33,481 nt of DNA from an uncultured bacterium (lineage in GTDB: Bacteria; Chlamydiota; Chlamydiia; Chlamydiales; SM23-39), in NCBI GenBank assembly GCA_964516935.1, contig CAZEZK010000002.1, forward strand, positions 7,416 through 40,896. The letters run 5' to 3'. The first letter of the stretch is position 1. Each line of letters begins with the position of its first letter. Under the pieces are notes generated by a model. The model saw only the letters and a list, made by a program, of their open reading frames with translations. It did no database searches and was not told where the DNA came from. The position numbers were made by a program, and so were the translations under genes. Shown one piece after another: positions 18,475 to 28,876 of this stretch.

Positions 18475-18526
18475 GCGAGAGCTTTCAATGCAACCCTATT
18501 GGGTGCCATTGAGGTGGAAGGAGTAT

Positions 18527-18859
18527 ATGTCAAGCTGTATAACGTATGATGATCTCCGCGAGATATTTTTAGAGGCGTGCTCCCTCCACAATATCGATTT
18601 CAATACTCTCAGCCCCTTTGACAAGCTCTGTGCGCTCACTTTGAAAATCACCCCTATTGTGACCGAAATTCTCCCCTCAATGCATCAACAACAGTCTCTA
18701 TTAGACCTGATGAGAAAAGTCGCAGACAGATTATCTGATGATGACTGTTTGAACCTAACTCAATTAGATTTTGAGATCATCGTATTTGTCAGCATGACTA
18801 TCAATCAAATAGAGCAGCAAGAACCTCCGCCACTCTCAGGAAAACATAAGCGGGTGTAA
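18527..18859 (+). CDS. small acidic hypothetical protein (110 aa)
   Basis: The track ORF opens at 18392 (TTG) but would then translate straight through the palindrome. The in-frame ATG at 18527 is preceded by GAGGTGGAAGGAG, a strong Shine-Dalgarno sequence. The product is MSSCITYDDLREIFLEACSL...; I recognise no motif. Confidence 0.55.
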   Translation: MSSCITYDDLREIFLEACSLHNIDFNTLSPFDKLCALTLKITPIVTEILPSMHQQQSLLDLMRKVADRLSDDDCLNLTQLDFEIIVFVSMTINQIEQQEPPPLSGKHKRV

Positions 18860-18882
18860 TACCATTTCTGATGTTTGGTATT
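18858..18882. terminator. weak AT-rich hairpin between convergent genes
   Basis: The stem is aatacca (18858-18864) and tggtatt (18876-18882) with an 11-nt loop. It lies between the stop of the 18527 gene (18857-18859) and the stop of the giant gene (18896-18898). No clear T-run follows. Confidence 0.25.
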
Positions 18883-18895
18883 ATACACAATATCA

Positions 18896-21800
18896 CTAAT
18901 TATCGTAATTTAGCACTGTACCTAAATAAGTTAGCTGAGCCACCAGAATGGGCGTTACTGCGACATTGAGGGTGTTTGGCACGTAGCCGCCGGATATCGT
19001 CAGCCCAGTTCCTGCCAAAATATGTGTATTTGGAGAAGCGTAAAAGGCTCCGGTGGAATCGAGTAGCTGTGTAGATGCCCTAGAGATCAGGAAGATTGCG
19101 GGATTAAAACTGCCAGCGGTAATGTTGATCGCATTGAGCGCAACCACATCGGCAAAAGTACTGTAACCATTTACTGTGATGATAAGCGATCCAAAGACCG
19201 TCATCGCCTCATAAGCCCCCGTCATCAATGCTCCCCCAGTAATCGTCAGATCTGCACTAGAGGAGATCGTCGCTACACTCATCGGCGTTGCGCGGCCAAG
19301 TGGTGAAAGAGAAATGTAGCCATCTTGACCGCCTATGCCGGAGGCATCGAGCGTACTGCTGTTAAAGAGGATCAGCCCATTCGGAACTGTGCCAAAAGTT
19401 CCGTTGATCGTATAGCCAGCTCCAGGCTGGAGATAGATATTTCCGCCATCGCCCGCTGTCCCCTGAGTATCGATACTGCCAATGGAGACATTGCCGGTTG
19501 AGGAGATGAGAGTAACATTGCCGCCAAAGGTGCCGGAGGTGGTGAGTGTGCCGCCGCAGGTAATCGCTCCACTGGCAGCGGCGTAGAGATGTTCGCCAAT
19601 CGAGCCCACGCTGGAGAGGTCAACCGTGCTGGTGAGAGAGATCGATCCTTGTAGTGCGAGGAGCATGAAGGAGTAGTTACCCGTCACTGCCCCGGTAATG
19701 GTAATTGCTCCAACACCGCTGTTTGTAAGCGTTACAGGCGCGAGAAGGGTCACGGCTCCAGTATGGCTCAGGCTGGTAGTCACGGATTGATTGGCGGCGA
19801 TCTGAATAGTCGTGGCGGTCACACTGAGTGTGCTGATCGGGGTGGTGTTGCCGATATCGCTGGCGAAGAGCGCGGTGCCGGCGGTGACTGTGAGGCTGTT
19901 GGCGCCGTTAATCGTTCGATTGAAGGTTACAGTGCTGCTGCCTGAATTAATCGTAGAGGTGCCTGTGAGGCTGATGGGGCTATTGAATGTGATTGTGGTA
20001 TTGGGTGTGGTCACTGTAGTAGCGAAAGAGACGGTGCCGCCGCCAAACTCTGCAAAAGTGCCTCCGGTGAGTGTGACTGCACCAGCGAGGGTGAGCGCTC
20101 CGGTATGGGTAAGGATCACGCCAGAGGAGGCATTAATGCCTCCATTGATTGCGATGGCATTGCCGTTAAGGTTGAATGTGCCCGTTGTAGTGAGGAGTCC
20201 ATCATAGGTCGCCGTACCAGCAGCATAGGTCTGAACAATCGAGGTGGCACTAATCGTGCTAGAGGCGGTGATGTTATTGGCATTCCGGAGTGTAAGTGTA
20301 GAGAGACCGCTGACGGCGGAGGAGAAAGAGATGGTCGATGACTGACCGGCATCAAGAGTCAAATTATTAGCCCCTGTAATGGTATTAGTAAAGGAGATCG
20401 CTCCGCCAACAGTGCCGGTGTTCATCACAACATCTCCTGTGAGTGTGACGGGAATAGCGAGGGAAATCGAGCTGTTATTGGTAGAAATGTTCTGGTTGAG
20501 GCTCAGAGAAGAACCACTAATAGAGACGCTGCCAAGAGGTGTAGTCCCTCCAAGCGCACCGCCGAGTGTGACGACGCCAGCCGCGCTAATCGTAAGAGCA
20601 TAATCGCCATCAATAGTGCTAGAGAAGGTCGCTGTAGTGCTAGTGGCGCTAAATGTTACTCCAGCGGTTAGAACGGCAGGGATGGCTACGCTAATCGCAC
20701 CGGCAGTAACAGAACCTCCAAAGCTAACTTGTGTACCGGTAGATGCGGTAAATGTGCCGCTACCGAGACCTACTGTGCTATCCAAAGTAATATAGCCCGT
20801 GCCAGCGGCAAGAGTTAGATTTAGATTCGTTCCTGTAACGCTGCTGCTCAAAACCATTGCAACAACGCTAGATGAGGTGGTAGTTAAGGTGACATTCCCA
20901 TTCAGCGTAACAGCTGGCGTAATCGCGAGAGTCGTTGTGCTAATATTGTTGCCCAAGAAAACTCCAGCAGTGGCCGCTGTGATGTCAAAGTTGTAGGCAC
21001 CAGTGACAGTTCCTCCAAATGTTACAGAAGAGGTGCCGGCGGAGATGGCGACATCGCTCTGAAGGGTGACATTGCCGCCACTCATATTAACGGCAGAGTT
21101 ATTGATCGTAATGTCACCTGCAAGAACATAGGCGCTGGCCGTCGTGCTAAAGGCGGTGAGCGGAGTTGTTGAGCCGATATTGCCTAGGAAGCTGAGAGTT
21201 CCGCTAGCTGTAGCACTCAATCCAAACGCTCCATCGATCGTGTCGTTGAAGGTGATGTTACCGCTGCTAGCGGTGAAAGTGGGAGTGCTGGATTCGAGAA
21301 TTACTGGGCCAGTGACGGTAATATTGGCAGCTGTCGAGCTAATAGTGGTTGTGTTGAGGAGGACGGGAGCATCCTGAATGCCGACGAGGGCAATCGCCCC
21401 ACTCGCGCTACTCATGGAACCAGTAGAGGCTACGTTGATCCCTCCATCGGAGGTAGAGGTGGAACTGGTCGCTCCCTGAAGTATGAGACTAATAGTGCTA
21501 TAGACAGTGATTGCGGCATTTACAGCAATTCCATTAAATCCGCTTCCTCCGGTGCCAGTCAATAGAATTGAGCCGGCGCCAAGCAAGCTGCTACTGAATG
21601 CGGCATCGATGAGGATTCCATCCCCCTGAATTGCCAACCCTGTGAATGTGGCACTACTAGAGGCGTTAGAGAGAGTAACAGTCGTCGCTGCTGTATCTAT
21701 GCCGATGCCTAGAGTTCCTTGACCAGTGACCGAGAGGGTCGCAGAAGCAGCGCCACCAGTATCTCCTATGAGGAAGCTGGCGCCAGAGAGCTCTACTCCA

Positions 21801-24800
21801 TAGTTCCCGCTGCCACTAGCATCATGGCTGCCAAATCCAATCAAGGTAACGACACCGCTATTAGCGCACTGTACAATACCGCTGCTGTCGATGAGAATCC
21901 CCACCTCTGTGGAGCCAGTGCCATGGCTTCCAGCAGCAACAGCGAGTGTCGTCGTAGTGGAGCTACCTAGCGTACCTCCATGGATGTAGAGTCCCACATT
22001 CTTGCCTGAGCCGGGACCGCCTTGAATCCCCTCTATCGAAAGCGTTGGGGCACTGAGCTGAATGCCATTGAGCATGAGACCAAAGTTATTGGCCGAGGAG
22101 GAAACTTGCCCTGGAAGGGGCCCTCCTCCCTGAACGTTGAAGAGAGTGACGGTTCCTTGGGTAGGAGCGAGAGATGCGGCGAGGACAACTCCTGCGTTAT
22201 TTGGCGTTGTACCTGTCTGCGTACCGCCGAGACCGCCGAGGCAGTCTGTAAAGACGAGTGCACTCGTGTTATCGGTGAAAGAGAGCGTGCCATTCCAATA
22301 GGCACCATAGTGCAGACCGCCGCTGCCAAAACCACCTCGGCCAATCACATAGGCTGTGGCGCCGGTTGCAATAGAGAGGGTACTACCTGATGCGAAGCTG
22401 ACACCGATATCACCGGTGCTACTGCTACTGAAGGAACCACCGCCGCTGCCTTGGAGGTAGGCGGTGCTATTCACCTGGAGAATAGCGCTACCGATTTGAA
22501 TACCAATCTCCCCTGTCCCACTGCCAGCGCTGCCGGCCTGAATCGAAAGAGTGGTAGCTGTAAAGGTGCCGCCATTGATATAGAAGCCGATGTCTCCTCC
22601 GGTGCCGATACCGCCCATTACATCTGTTGCTGTAATAATAGGTGCGGTGACACTAGCCCCGGCATAGACTCCATAATTATTTGCGAGAGGACCACCGCCA
22701 TTAATGTTTCGGAAGAGGAGCGTTCCTGCAGCTTGAGAGAGTGCGGCGCCAATATTGACACCATAGTTATCGCTGCCACCGCTGCCACCAAAGCTCTGGA
22801 TGAACTGAACGCTATTACTACCGCTGATGGCATTTGCGCTAATAACGGAGACGCCATGGTGACCACCGCCAGTGCCGGTACCACCAGTGCCGCTGATCTG
22901 GATAGTTCGTGAGAATGTATCCGACAGTCCAAGCGTTGCTGCAGCAATCACAACACCGATATTGCCTGAGCCGCTGCCGCTATAAAAGCCGCCACCAGTC
23001 CCTTGCAATAAAATAGTACCATTGCTGCTGCAATTCACTGTGCCAGCGAGGTAGATCCCGATCTCATTACTGCCGAGACCAAGAGATCCTGCGGAGACAG
23101 GGAGATAGCTCTCTGCTGTGCTGCCGAGCGTGCCTCCATTGAGATAGAAACCGTAATTCGAGCCGTTACCAGGGCCTCCGAGGATATCTGTCAGCTGAAT
23201 CGTGGGCGCTGTCACAGTGCCGGAGATGTAGAGGCCGTAATTATTGAGAAGACTACTGCCACCGACAATGTCGCGGAAGACGAGAGCGCCACTAGCGAGA
23301 TTCAAGTTGGTGATAAAATTAATGCCAACATTGTTATTTCCACCGATCCCTCCAGCGCAATGAATAAAGGTGAGTGCACTGCTCGTGGCACTAAAGCTAG
23401 TATTGATCTCAACACCATGGTGCGTGCCACCTGTCCCTGTGCCGCCAATGCCAGTGAGAGTGGAGGAATTTGTTCCTGTCAGGGAGGCTGCTGAAAGAAG
23501 GATACCGATGTTGCGAGAGCCAGAGGCGCTATAAAGGCCACCGCCACTCCCCGTCAGTTCTAGAATGGTCGCCTGAACAGAGCCATTGAGAATATAGATA
23601 CCTACCTCATTGCTGCCGAGCCCCATAGAACCGGCGCCGATCGAAACGCGCTGCGTCCCACTATTGCCGAGGGAGCCTCCATTAATATTCAATCCGACAT
23701 CATTACTTGATCCCGCGCCACCATAGAGATCGTGGCCGATAATATTGGTGGCAACAACTGTCGAGACGATGCGGACGCCATCATTGTAGGTTGAGGTGGG
23801 ATTGCTGCCACCGCTGATGTGGGTAAAGTAGAGAGTCCCTCGGTTAAGAGTCGTAGCTCCTGTTGCGGTGACATAAACGCCGATATTGTTGTTGCTGCCA
23901 AGGCCGCCAACACAATTTTGGAATGTGAGAGCATCCCCGTTGCTGGTACCATTGAGGTTCGCCGTAAAGCCATTTTCAATATTTACACCACAGTGACCAC
24001 TCCCCTCTCCTGCGCCGCCGATCCCCGTTAGAAGGATAATATTAGTAGCAGCACCTCCATTACCTGCTGTGAGCGTAGCGCCACTGAGCTCAATACCATG
24101 GTTGTTGGAGCCGCTTGTAATATAAAGACCTCCTCCGGCACCAATCAGTTCGAGTGTACCGCCGTTGCTTACGAGCGCAGAGCCGCTATCGAGATAGATT
24201 CCATACTCTTGGCTGCCCTGTCCTAAGCTACCAGCATTCATGTAAAGTTTGTTAGTAGTTGAGCTGCCGAGCGTACCGGCAATATGAAGCCCGACATTAT
24301 TGTTTGTTCCAGGGCCGCCTAAAAGATCTGTACCAAGAATAATTGGCGCCGACACGGTAACGCCGCTGGGGATGTAGACTCCATCGTTTTGAGTTGCGGT
24401 TCCGCTGCCACCGCCGGCGATATTATTAAATTGGAGAAGGCCAGTAACTAGAGAGAGGTTGCCAATAAAGTCGACCCCATTGTTCTGGTTTCCGCCGGTG
24501 CCACCGCTGCAATTCTGGAAGATCAATGTGGTGCCGCTAAAGGCAACGGCATTTACAGCAACCCCGTCATTGAAGCCACCAGAACCGACACCACCAATAC
24601 CAGTCAGGGTAGCAGTAGTCGTAGCAGTTAAGAGCGCGCTATCGAGGAAGATGCCATAATTCTGGAGACCGCTGCCATTATAGAAACCTCCACCTGTACC
24701 CATGAGCACCATGCTATTTGCTTGAACGGTTCCAGCCGTGTCGATCGCAATACCATAGTTGTGGCCCCCCATACCTATTGAGCCAGCGCTCACACTGATG

Positions 24801-27800
24801 AAACTGGTGCCAGCGCCTCCTAACGTGCCTCCCTGAATGTAGAGACCATGGTTTAGAAGTGTTCCAGGTCCACCGTAGATATCCTCGCAGAGAATTATCG
24901 GCGCTTGCACTGTCGATGTAATTAGCACACCGTAATTGCTTGTCGTCGTACCGCCACCGGCGATATTAGTGAACTGAAGCGTACCATGGGTAAGAGCGAG
25001 CCCCGTTGTCAGATTGACTCCGTAGTTATTGGCTCCTGAAGTTCCGCCTGTGCAGTTGAGGAAGGTGAACGTATCCCCGTTTCCTGTGCCATTGAGATTA
25101 ACGGAGAGGAGTGTCGCAGTATAGACGCCATAATTACCGCCCCCGACACCTACTCCACCTGTACCGCTAATGGTAATCGTATTGGTCGATGTACCTCCAG
25201 TTCCAGCAGTTAGCGTTGCGCTCTCTAGATCGACTCCATAATGGCCGCCGCTGATGCCAGAACCACCTACACCAGTCAATGCGATTGTGGTTCCGCTGAC
25301 GGACCCTGTATTGATCGAAAGGCCATAATTTCCCGAAACCGCGCTATTATAGAGGCCTCCGCCCGTTCCCATTAGAGAGAGAGTGCCTCCGCTGCCCACA
25401 GTTGCACTTCCGCTGCTGTCAATCAGAAGGCCGATCTCAGAAAGGCCAAGACCGATAGAGCCGGCGCTGATGCGAATCTGATTGGTAGCGCTACTGCCTA
25501 AAGTGCCGCCATGAATGTAGAGGCCATAATTGTTATTGATGCCAGGACCGCCATAAATATCTGCACCAAGAATGGTTGGCGCAGTCACTGTGCCGGCAAT
25601 ATAGATACCATAATTCGTGGGACCTGGAGCGCCTCCAGTGATATTGCTGAACTGCAACAGGCCGCTTACCAGCGTAAGATTGCTAACAAAATTGACACCA
25701 TAGTTACTGCCGACAGCACCCGTACCACCCGTGCAGTTAAGGAAGATCAAGCTACTGGTATTGGCCGCCACAGTATCGACTACGACACCGTGATGGAATC
25801 CTTGCGTTCCTACCCCGCCAAGGCCAGTAAGAGTCACAGTCGTTCCCGTCAGCGTAGCGCCTTGTAAATAGATGCCGTAATTGCCAGAGCTGCTGCTGCT
25901 ATAGAGACCACCACCGGCACCTGTAAGGGTAAATGTGGTTGCACTCACCGTGCCATTACTATAGATGCCATACTCAGATCCACCCAACCCGAGGGAGCCA
26001 CAGCTCATGCGCACCTGACTACCGATTAAGGTGCCACTAAGATAAAGACCTATATTGCTGCCGACTCCGGGACCGCCTACGATGTCTGCACCAAGAATCG
26101 TGGGCGCTCGCACCGTACTTGTGCTTTCAATGTAGATGCCGTAGTTATTTGCCACTGGACCGCCGCCAACAACATTGGTGAACTGCAGGGCACCACTGAC
26201 CATTGTAAGGTTACCTAGGAAGTCCACACCATAGTTATTGCTACCACCCTGGCCACCACTGCAATTTAAGAAAGTAAGGGTTGGCGTGCCTGCAGTTAGG
26301 CTATTGCAGACGACACCATGGTGAAATCCAGCTGTTCCCACACCACCAATCCCCGTTAAGGTTACAGAAGTGCCTCCAGTAACTGTAGCGCTATTAAGAT
26401 AGACGCCATAGTTGTTAATGCCAGAATTACTGTAGAGCCCTCCGCCTAGACCGACTACCGTAACCACCCCTTCGCTGCCAGAAACCACGCTGCCATTTAT
26501 ATAGATACCTATCTCCCCGCTACCAATTCCAAAAGAGCCGGCTGTTAGCGTAAGTTGGGAAAGTGTGGAGCTACCTAGCGTGCCTCCATTAATATAGAGG
26601 CCGTAATCATTACTGCTGCCAGGCCCCCCAAAAATATTGGAGGCTAGGATCGCTGGGGCGCTCACAGTTGCAGTGATCCAGAGGCCATAATTATCAGATG
26701 TGGTACCGCCTCCTGTGGCCCCAGAAAACTGAAGCATACCGCTCACCATCTGGAGGTTTGTTGCTAAGACAACGCCGCAATTGTTCAGTCCGCCAGTCCC
26801 TCCGGCACAATTTAAGAAGGTCAAACTAGCGCTATTGATCTCGAGAGATGTGGTGGCATTCACGCCGTGGTGCTGGCCACCTGTGCCTGTACCGCCGATA
26901 CCAGTTAGAGTCATCGCACTGCTGCCTGTAAGGGTAGCACTGCTGAGGAAAATCCCCAGATTCTGCTGACCACTACTACTATAGAGGCCGCCGCCGATAC
27001 CGGTCAGTGCAACTGTCTCGCCCGATACAGTTCCTCCGATATTGATTCCATACTCATTGCTGCCATTCCCGAGCGAGCCGCAGCTCATACGGAGCTGGCT
27101 GCCCTGTAGGGTGCCTGCAACATACATCCCGTAGTTATTATTGGTTCCAGGACCGCCGAAGATCCCGGTTCCGAGAATGGTCGGCGCGGTAACAGTTCCT
27201 GGAATATAGAGACCATAGTTGCTAGCTGTGCCATTGCCACCGCCAGCGACATCCGTAAACTGCAGTGTCCCGTTGATGAGGGTGAGATCTGAAGAAATAT
27301 TGACGCCGTGGTTGAGACTACCCCCCGTTCCCCCAGCACAATTGAGGAAGGTGGCAAGAGTAGTATTGAGCGTAACAGTTGTTGTATAGACGCCATAGTT
27401 ACTACCTGTAGAGCCCGTTCCTCCTAGACCGGTCAACGTAACAGAGCTACCAGTAAGTGTTGCCGTTTCAAGATCAAGACCATAATTTGTCCCGCTCATG
27501 CCTGTCCCACCAAAACCAGTCAATGTGACGGCTGCAGAGGCATTCACACTGCCGTTATTGATAGAGAGGCCATAGTTACCTCCAACGGCAGAGCTATAGA
27601 GACCACCACCAGTCCCGGTCAAGGAGATCGTATTGGCGAGTACTGTTCCACCGCTATCGATCAAGATTCCAATTTCAGAGCTACCTAATCCAATGGTACC
27701 TGCAGTTAAATCGATCTGCCCTAATCCGGTACTGCCTAAGGTTCCTCCATGGATATAGAGACCATAATCTGTGCCAGTGCCTAGACCGCCCATGATGTCT

Positions 27801-28876
27801 GAACCGATAATCACGGGAGCCGTCACAGTACCGGTAATATAAATCCCATAATTCCCCGCAGCGAGCCCGCCACCACAGATATTGGTGAACTGGAGCGTTC
27901 CACTCACCATCGAGAAGTTGCCGCTAAAGTTGATGCCGTAATTGGAAGAACCACCCGTGCCACCGGCGCAATTTAAGAATGTGATACCACCATTTGCAGT
28001 GAGACCGCTAACCAAAACGCCATGATGGTTTCCGAGCAGTCCAACGCCACCGATCCCTGTAACTGTCGCATTAAAAATCGTCCCGCTCAGCGATACACCA
28101 TAGTTGTTCTGCCCAGCTGCACTGTAGAGGCCGCCGCCACTGCCAGTGAGTAAAACGCTGGTCGCGTTAATCACACCAGTTGTATTGATACCAATCTCAT
28201 TGCTGCCAAGACCTAGTGAGCCAGCGCTAATGCGCACTAAATTAGCGACCAGACTTCCTGTGATATAGAGACCATAATTGGTCCCAGAACCAGGACCGCC
28301 GAGTATATCGGCACCGAGGATAGTTGGCGCGGTAACAGTGCCGGCCACAGCAACGCCATAGTTGCTCGCGCCGATGCCACCGCCTGTAATGTTGGTAAAT
28401 TGGAGAGTCCCCGTCGCTAGCGTCAAATTTCCGACAATATCGACCCCATCGCTACCCGCACCACTGCCGCCGCTGCAGTTTAGGAAGGTCAGCGTATTGC
28501 TACTGCTACTAAGACCGACCGTAGTAGTAGAGCTATCGATAAAGACGCCATGGTGCAGGCCGCTCAACCCAGTGCCGCCAATTCCAGTGAGGGTGAAACT
28601 ATTGCCAATAACAAAAGTCGCTCCACTCAGATAGATGCCATAATTCTGCTGACCAGAGCCGCTGTAGAGACCACCGCCGGTTCCCACAAATGTCAATGTG
28701 CCCCCCTGTCCGACAACCACACTTCCTGCAACCGCAATCCCATACTCATTGCTTCCAATTCCTAATGAACCGCCGGAGATCTGAAGCTCATTCGTCGATG
28801 AGCTGCCTAACGTAGAACCGCTTTCGATGTAAAGACCATAGTTATTGCCGGAGCCAGGACCACCAAAAATTTCCAT
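18896..28876 (-). CDS. giant beta-strand/Gly-rich repeat protein, distal part (3326 aa as tracked); the frame is actually open up to 28936 and continuous with the upstream ORF
   Basis: It contains 12 super-repeats marked by (T/I)F(L/Q)NCxGGxGG..NYG, LQFTNxxGGG, APTILGxDIxGGPGxxxNYGLYI, SAGSLGxGSxEYGI, LTGxGGGLYS and LTGIGGxGxxGxHHGV. These are followed by a ~950-aa Thr/Ser/Gly/Ala/Ile-rich region. No Shine-Dalgarno sequence lies upstream of the ATG at 28876. Confidence 0.85.
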   Translation of the reverse strand: MEIFGGPGSGNNYGLYIESGSTLGSSSTNELQISGGSLGIGSNEYGIAVAGSVVVGQGGTLTFVGTGGGLYSGSGQQNYGIYLSGATFVIGNSFTLTGIGGTGLSGLHHGVFIDSSTTTVGLSSSSNTLTFLNCSGGSGAGSDGVDIVGNLTLATGTLQFTNITGGGIGASNYGVAVAGTVTAPTILGADILGGPGSGTNYGLYITGSLVANLVRISAGSLGLGSNEIGINTTGVINATSVLLTGSGGGLYSAAGQNNYGVSLSGTIFNATVTGIGGVGLLGNHHGVLVSGLTANGGITFLNCAGGTGGSSNYGINFSGNFSMVSGTLQFTNICGGGLAAGNYGIYITGTVTAPVIIGSDIMGGLGTGTDYGLYIHGGTLGSTGLGQIDLTAGTIGLGSSEIGILIDSGGTVLANTISLTGTGGGLYSSAVGGNYGLSINNGSVNASAAVTLTGFGGTGMSGTNYGLDLETATLTGSSVTLTGLGGTGSTGSNYGVYTTTVTLNTTLATFLNCAGGTGGSLNHGVNISSDLTLINGTLQFTDVAGGGNGTASNYGLYIPGTVTAPTILGTGIFGGPGTNNNYGMYVAGTLQGSQLRMSCGSLGNGSNEYGINIGGTVSGETVALTGIGGGLYSSSGQQNLGIFLSSATLTGSSAMTLTGIGGTGTGGQHHGVNATTSLEINSASLTFLNCAGGTGGLNNCGVVLATNLQMVSGMLQFSGATGGGTTSDNYGLWITATVSAPAILASNIFGGPGSSNDYGLYINGGTLGSSTLSQLTLTAGSFGIGSGEIGIYINGSVVSGSEGVVTVVGLGGGLYSNSGINNYGVYLNSATVTGGTSVTLTGIGGVGTAGFHHGVVCNSLTAGTPTLTFLNCSGGQGGSNNYGVDFLGNLTMVSGALQFTNVVGGGPVANNYGIYIESTSTVRAPTILGADIVGGPGVGSNIGLYLSGTLIGSQVRMSCGSLGLGGSEYGIYSNGTVSATTFTLTGAGGGLYSSSSSGNYGIYLQGATLTGTTVTLTGLGGVGTQGFHHGVVVDTVAANTSSLIFLNCTGGTGAVGSNYGVNFVSNLTLVSGLLQFSNITGGAPGPTNYGIYIAGTVTAPTILGADIYGGPGINNNYGLYIHGGTLGSSATNQIRISAGSIGLGLSEIGLLIDSSGSATVGSGGTLSLMGTGGGLYNSAVSGNYGLSINTGSVSGTTIALTGVGGSGISGGHYGVDLESATLTAGTGGTSTNTITISGTGGVGVGGGNYGVYTATLLSVNLNGTGNGDTFTFLNCTGGTSGANNYGVNLTTGLALTHGTLQFTNIAGGGTTTSNYGVLITSTVQAPIILCEDIYGGPGTLLNHGLYIQGGTLGGAGTSFISVSAGSIGMGGHNYGIAIDTAGTVQANSMVLMGTGGGFYNGSGLQNYGIFLDSALLTATTTATLTGIGGVGSGGFNDGVAVNAVAFSGTTLIFQNCSGGTGGNQNNGVDFIGNLSLVTGLLQFNNIAGGGSGTATQNDGVYIPSGVTVSAPIILGTDLLGGPGTNNNVGLHIAGTLGSSTTNKLYMNAGSLGQGSQEYGIYLDSGSALVSNGGTLELIGAGGGLYITSGSNNHGIELSGATLTAGNGGAATNIILLTGIGGAGEGSGHCGVNIENGFTANLNGTSNGDALTFQNCVGGLGSNNNIGVYVTATGATTLNRGTLYFTHISGGSNPTSTYNDGVRIVSTVVATNIIGHDLYGGAGSSNDVGLNINGGSLGNSGTQRVSIGAGSMGLGSNEVGIYILNGSVQATILELTGSGGGLYSASGSRNIGILLSAASLTGTNSSTLTGIGGTGTGGTHHGVEINTSFSATSSALTFIHCAGGIGGNNNVGINFITNLNLASGALVFRDIVGGSSLLNNYGLYISGTVTAPTIQLTDILGGPGNGSNYGFYLNGGTLGSTAESYLPVSAGSLGLGSNEIGIYLAGTVNCSSNGTILLQGTGGGFYSGSGSGNIGVVIAAATLGLSDTFSRTIQISGTGGTGTGGGHHGVSVISANAISGSNSVQFIQSFGGSGGSDNYGVNIGAALSQAAGTLLFRNINGGGPLANNYGVYAGASVTAPIITATDVMGGIGTGGDIGFYINGGTFTATTLSIQAGSAGSGTGEIGIQIGSAILQVNSTAYLQGSGGGSFSSSSTGDIGVSFASGSTLSIATGATAYVIGRGGFGSGGLHYGAYWNGTLSFTDNTSALVFTDCLGGLGGTQTGTTPNNAGVVLAASLAPTQGTVTLFNVQGGGPLPGQVSSSANNFGLMLNGIQLSAPTLSIEGIQGGPGSGKNVGLYIHGGTLGSSTTTTLAVAAGSHGTGSTEVGILIDSSGIVQCANSGVVTLIGFGSHDASGSGNYGVELSGASFLIGDTGGAASATLSVTGQGTLGIGIDTAATTVTLSNASSSATFTGLAIQGDGILIDAAFSSSLLGAGSILLTGTGGSGFNGIAVNAAITVYSTISLILQGATSSTSTSDGGINVASTGSMSSASGAIALVGIQDAPVLLNTTTISSTAANITVTGPVILESSTPTFTASSGNITFNDTIDGAFGLSATASGTLSFLGNIGSTTPLTAFSTTASAYVLAGDITINNSAVNMSGGNVTLQSDVAISAGTSSVTFGGTVTGAYNFDITAATAGVFLGNNISTTTLAITPAVTLNGNVTLTTTSSSVVAMVLSSSVTGTNLNLTLAAGTGYITLDSTVGLGSGTFTASTGTQVSFGGSVTAGAISVAIPAVLTAGVTFSATSTTATFSSTIDGDYALTISAAGVVTLGGALGGTTPLGSVSISGSSLSLNQNISTNNSSISLAIPVTLTGDVVMNTGTVGGAISFTNTITGANNLTLDAGQSSTISFSSAVSGLSTLTLRNANNITASSTISATSIVQTYAAGTATYDGLLTTTGTFNLNGNAIAINGGINASSGVILTHTGALTLAGAVTLTGGTFAEFGGGTVSFATTVTTPNTTITFNSPISLTGTSTINSGSSTVTFNRTINGANSLTVTAGTALFASDIGNTTPISTLSVTATTIQIAANQSVTTSLSHTGAVTLLAPVTLTNSGVGAITITGAVTGNYSFMLLALQGSISLTSTVDLSSVGSIGEHLYAAASGAITCGGTLTTSGTFGGNVTLISSTGNVSIGSIDTQGTAGDGGNIYLQPGAGYTINGTFGTVPNGLILFNSSTLDASGIGGQDGYISLSPLGRATPMSVATISSSADLTITGGALMTGAYEAMTVFGSLIITVNGYSTFADVVALNAINITAGSFNPAIFLISRASTQLLDSTGAFYASPNTHILAGTGLTISGGYVPNTLNVAVTPILVAQLTYLGTVLNYDN

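Noticed and set aside
18292-18549. The 85-aa ORF, and the 18392 TTG start of the 155-aa ORF.
   Set aside because: Both translate through the 66-nt palindrome and the gene-end relic. A strong Shine-Dalgarno sequence plus ATG at 18527 explains the downstream coding region better.
18896-19900. Calling the giant protein a classical type V autotransporter or Pmp.
   Set aside because: FxxN motifs are present. However, GGA(I/L/V) is not the dominant motif, and I cannot see a C-terminal beta-barrel or a terminal aromatic residue. The N-terminus is also outside the window. It is therefore described only as Pmp-reminiscent.
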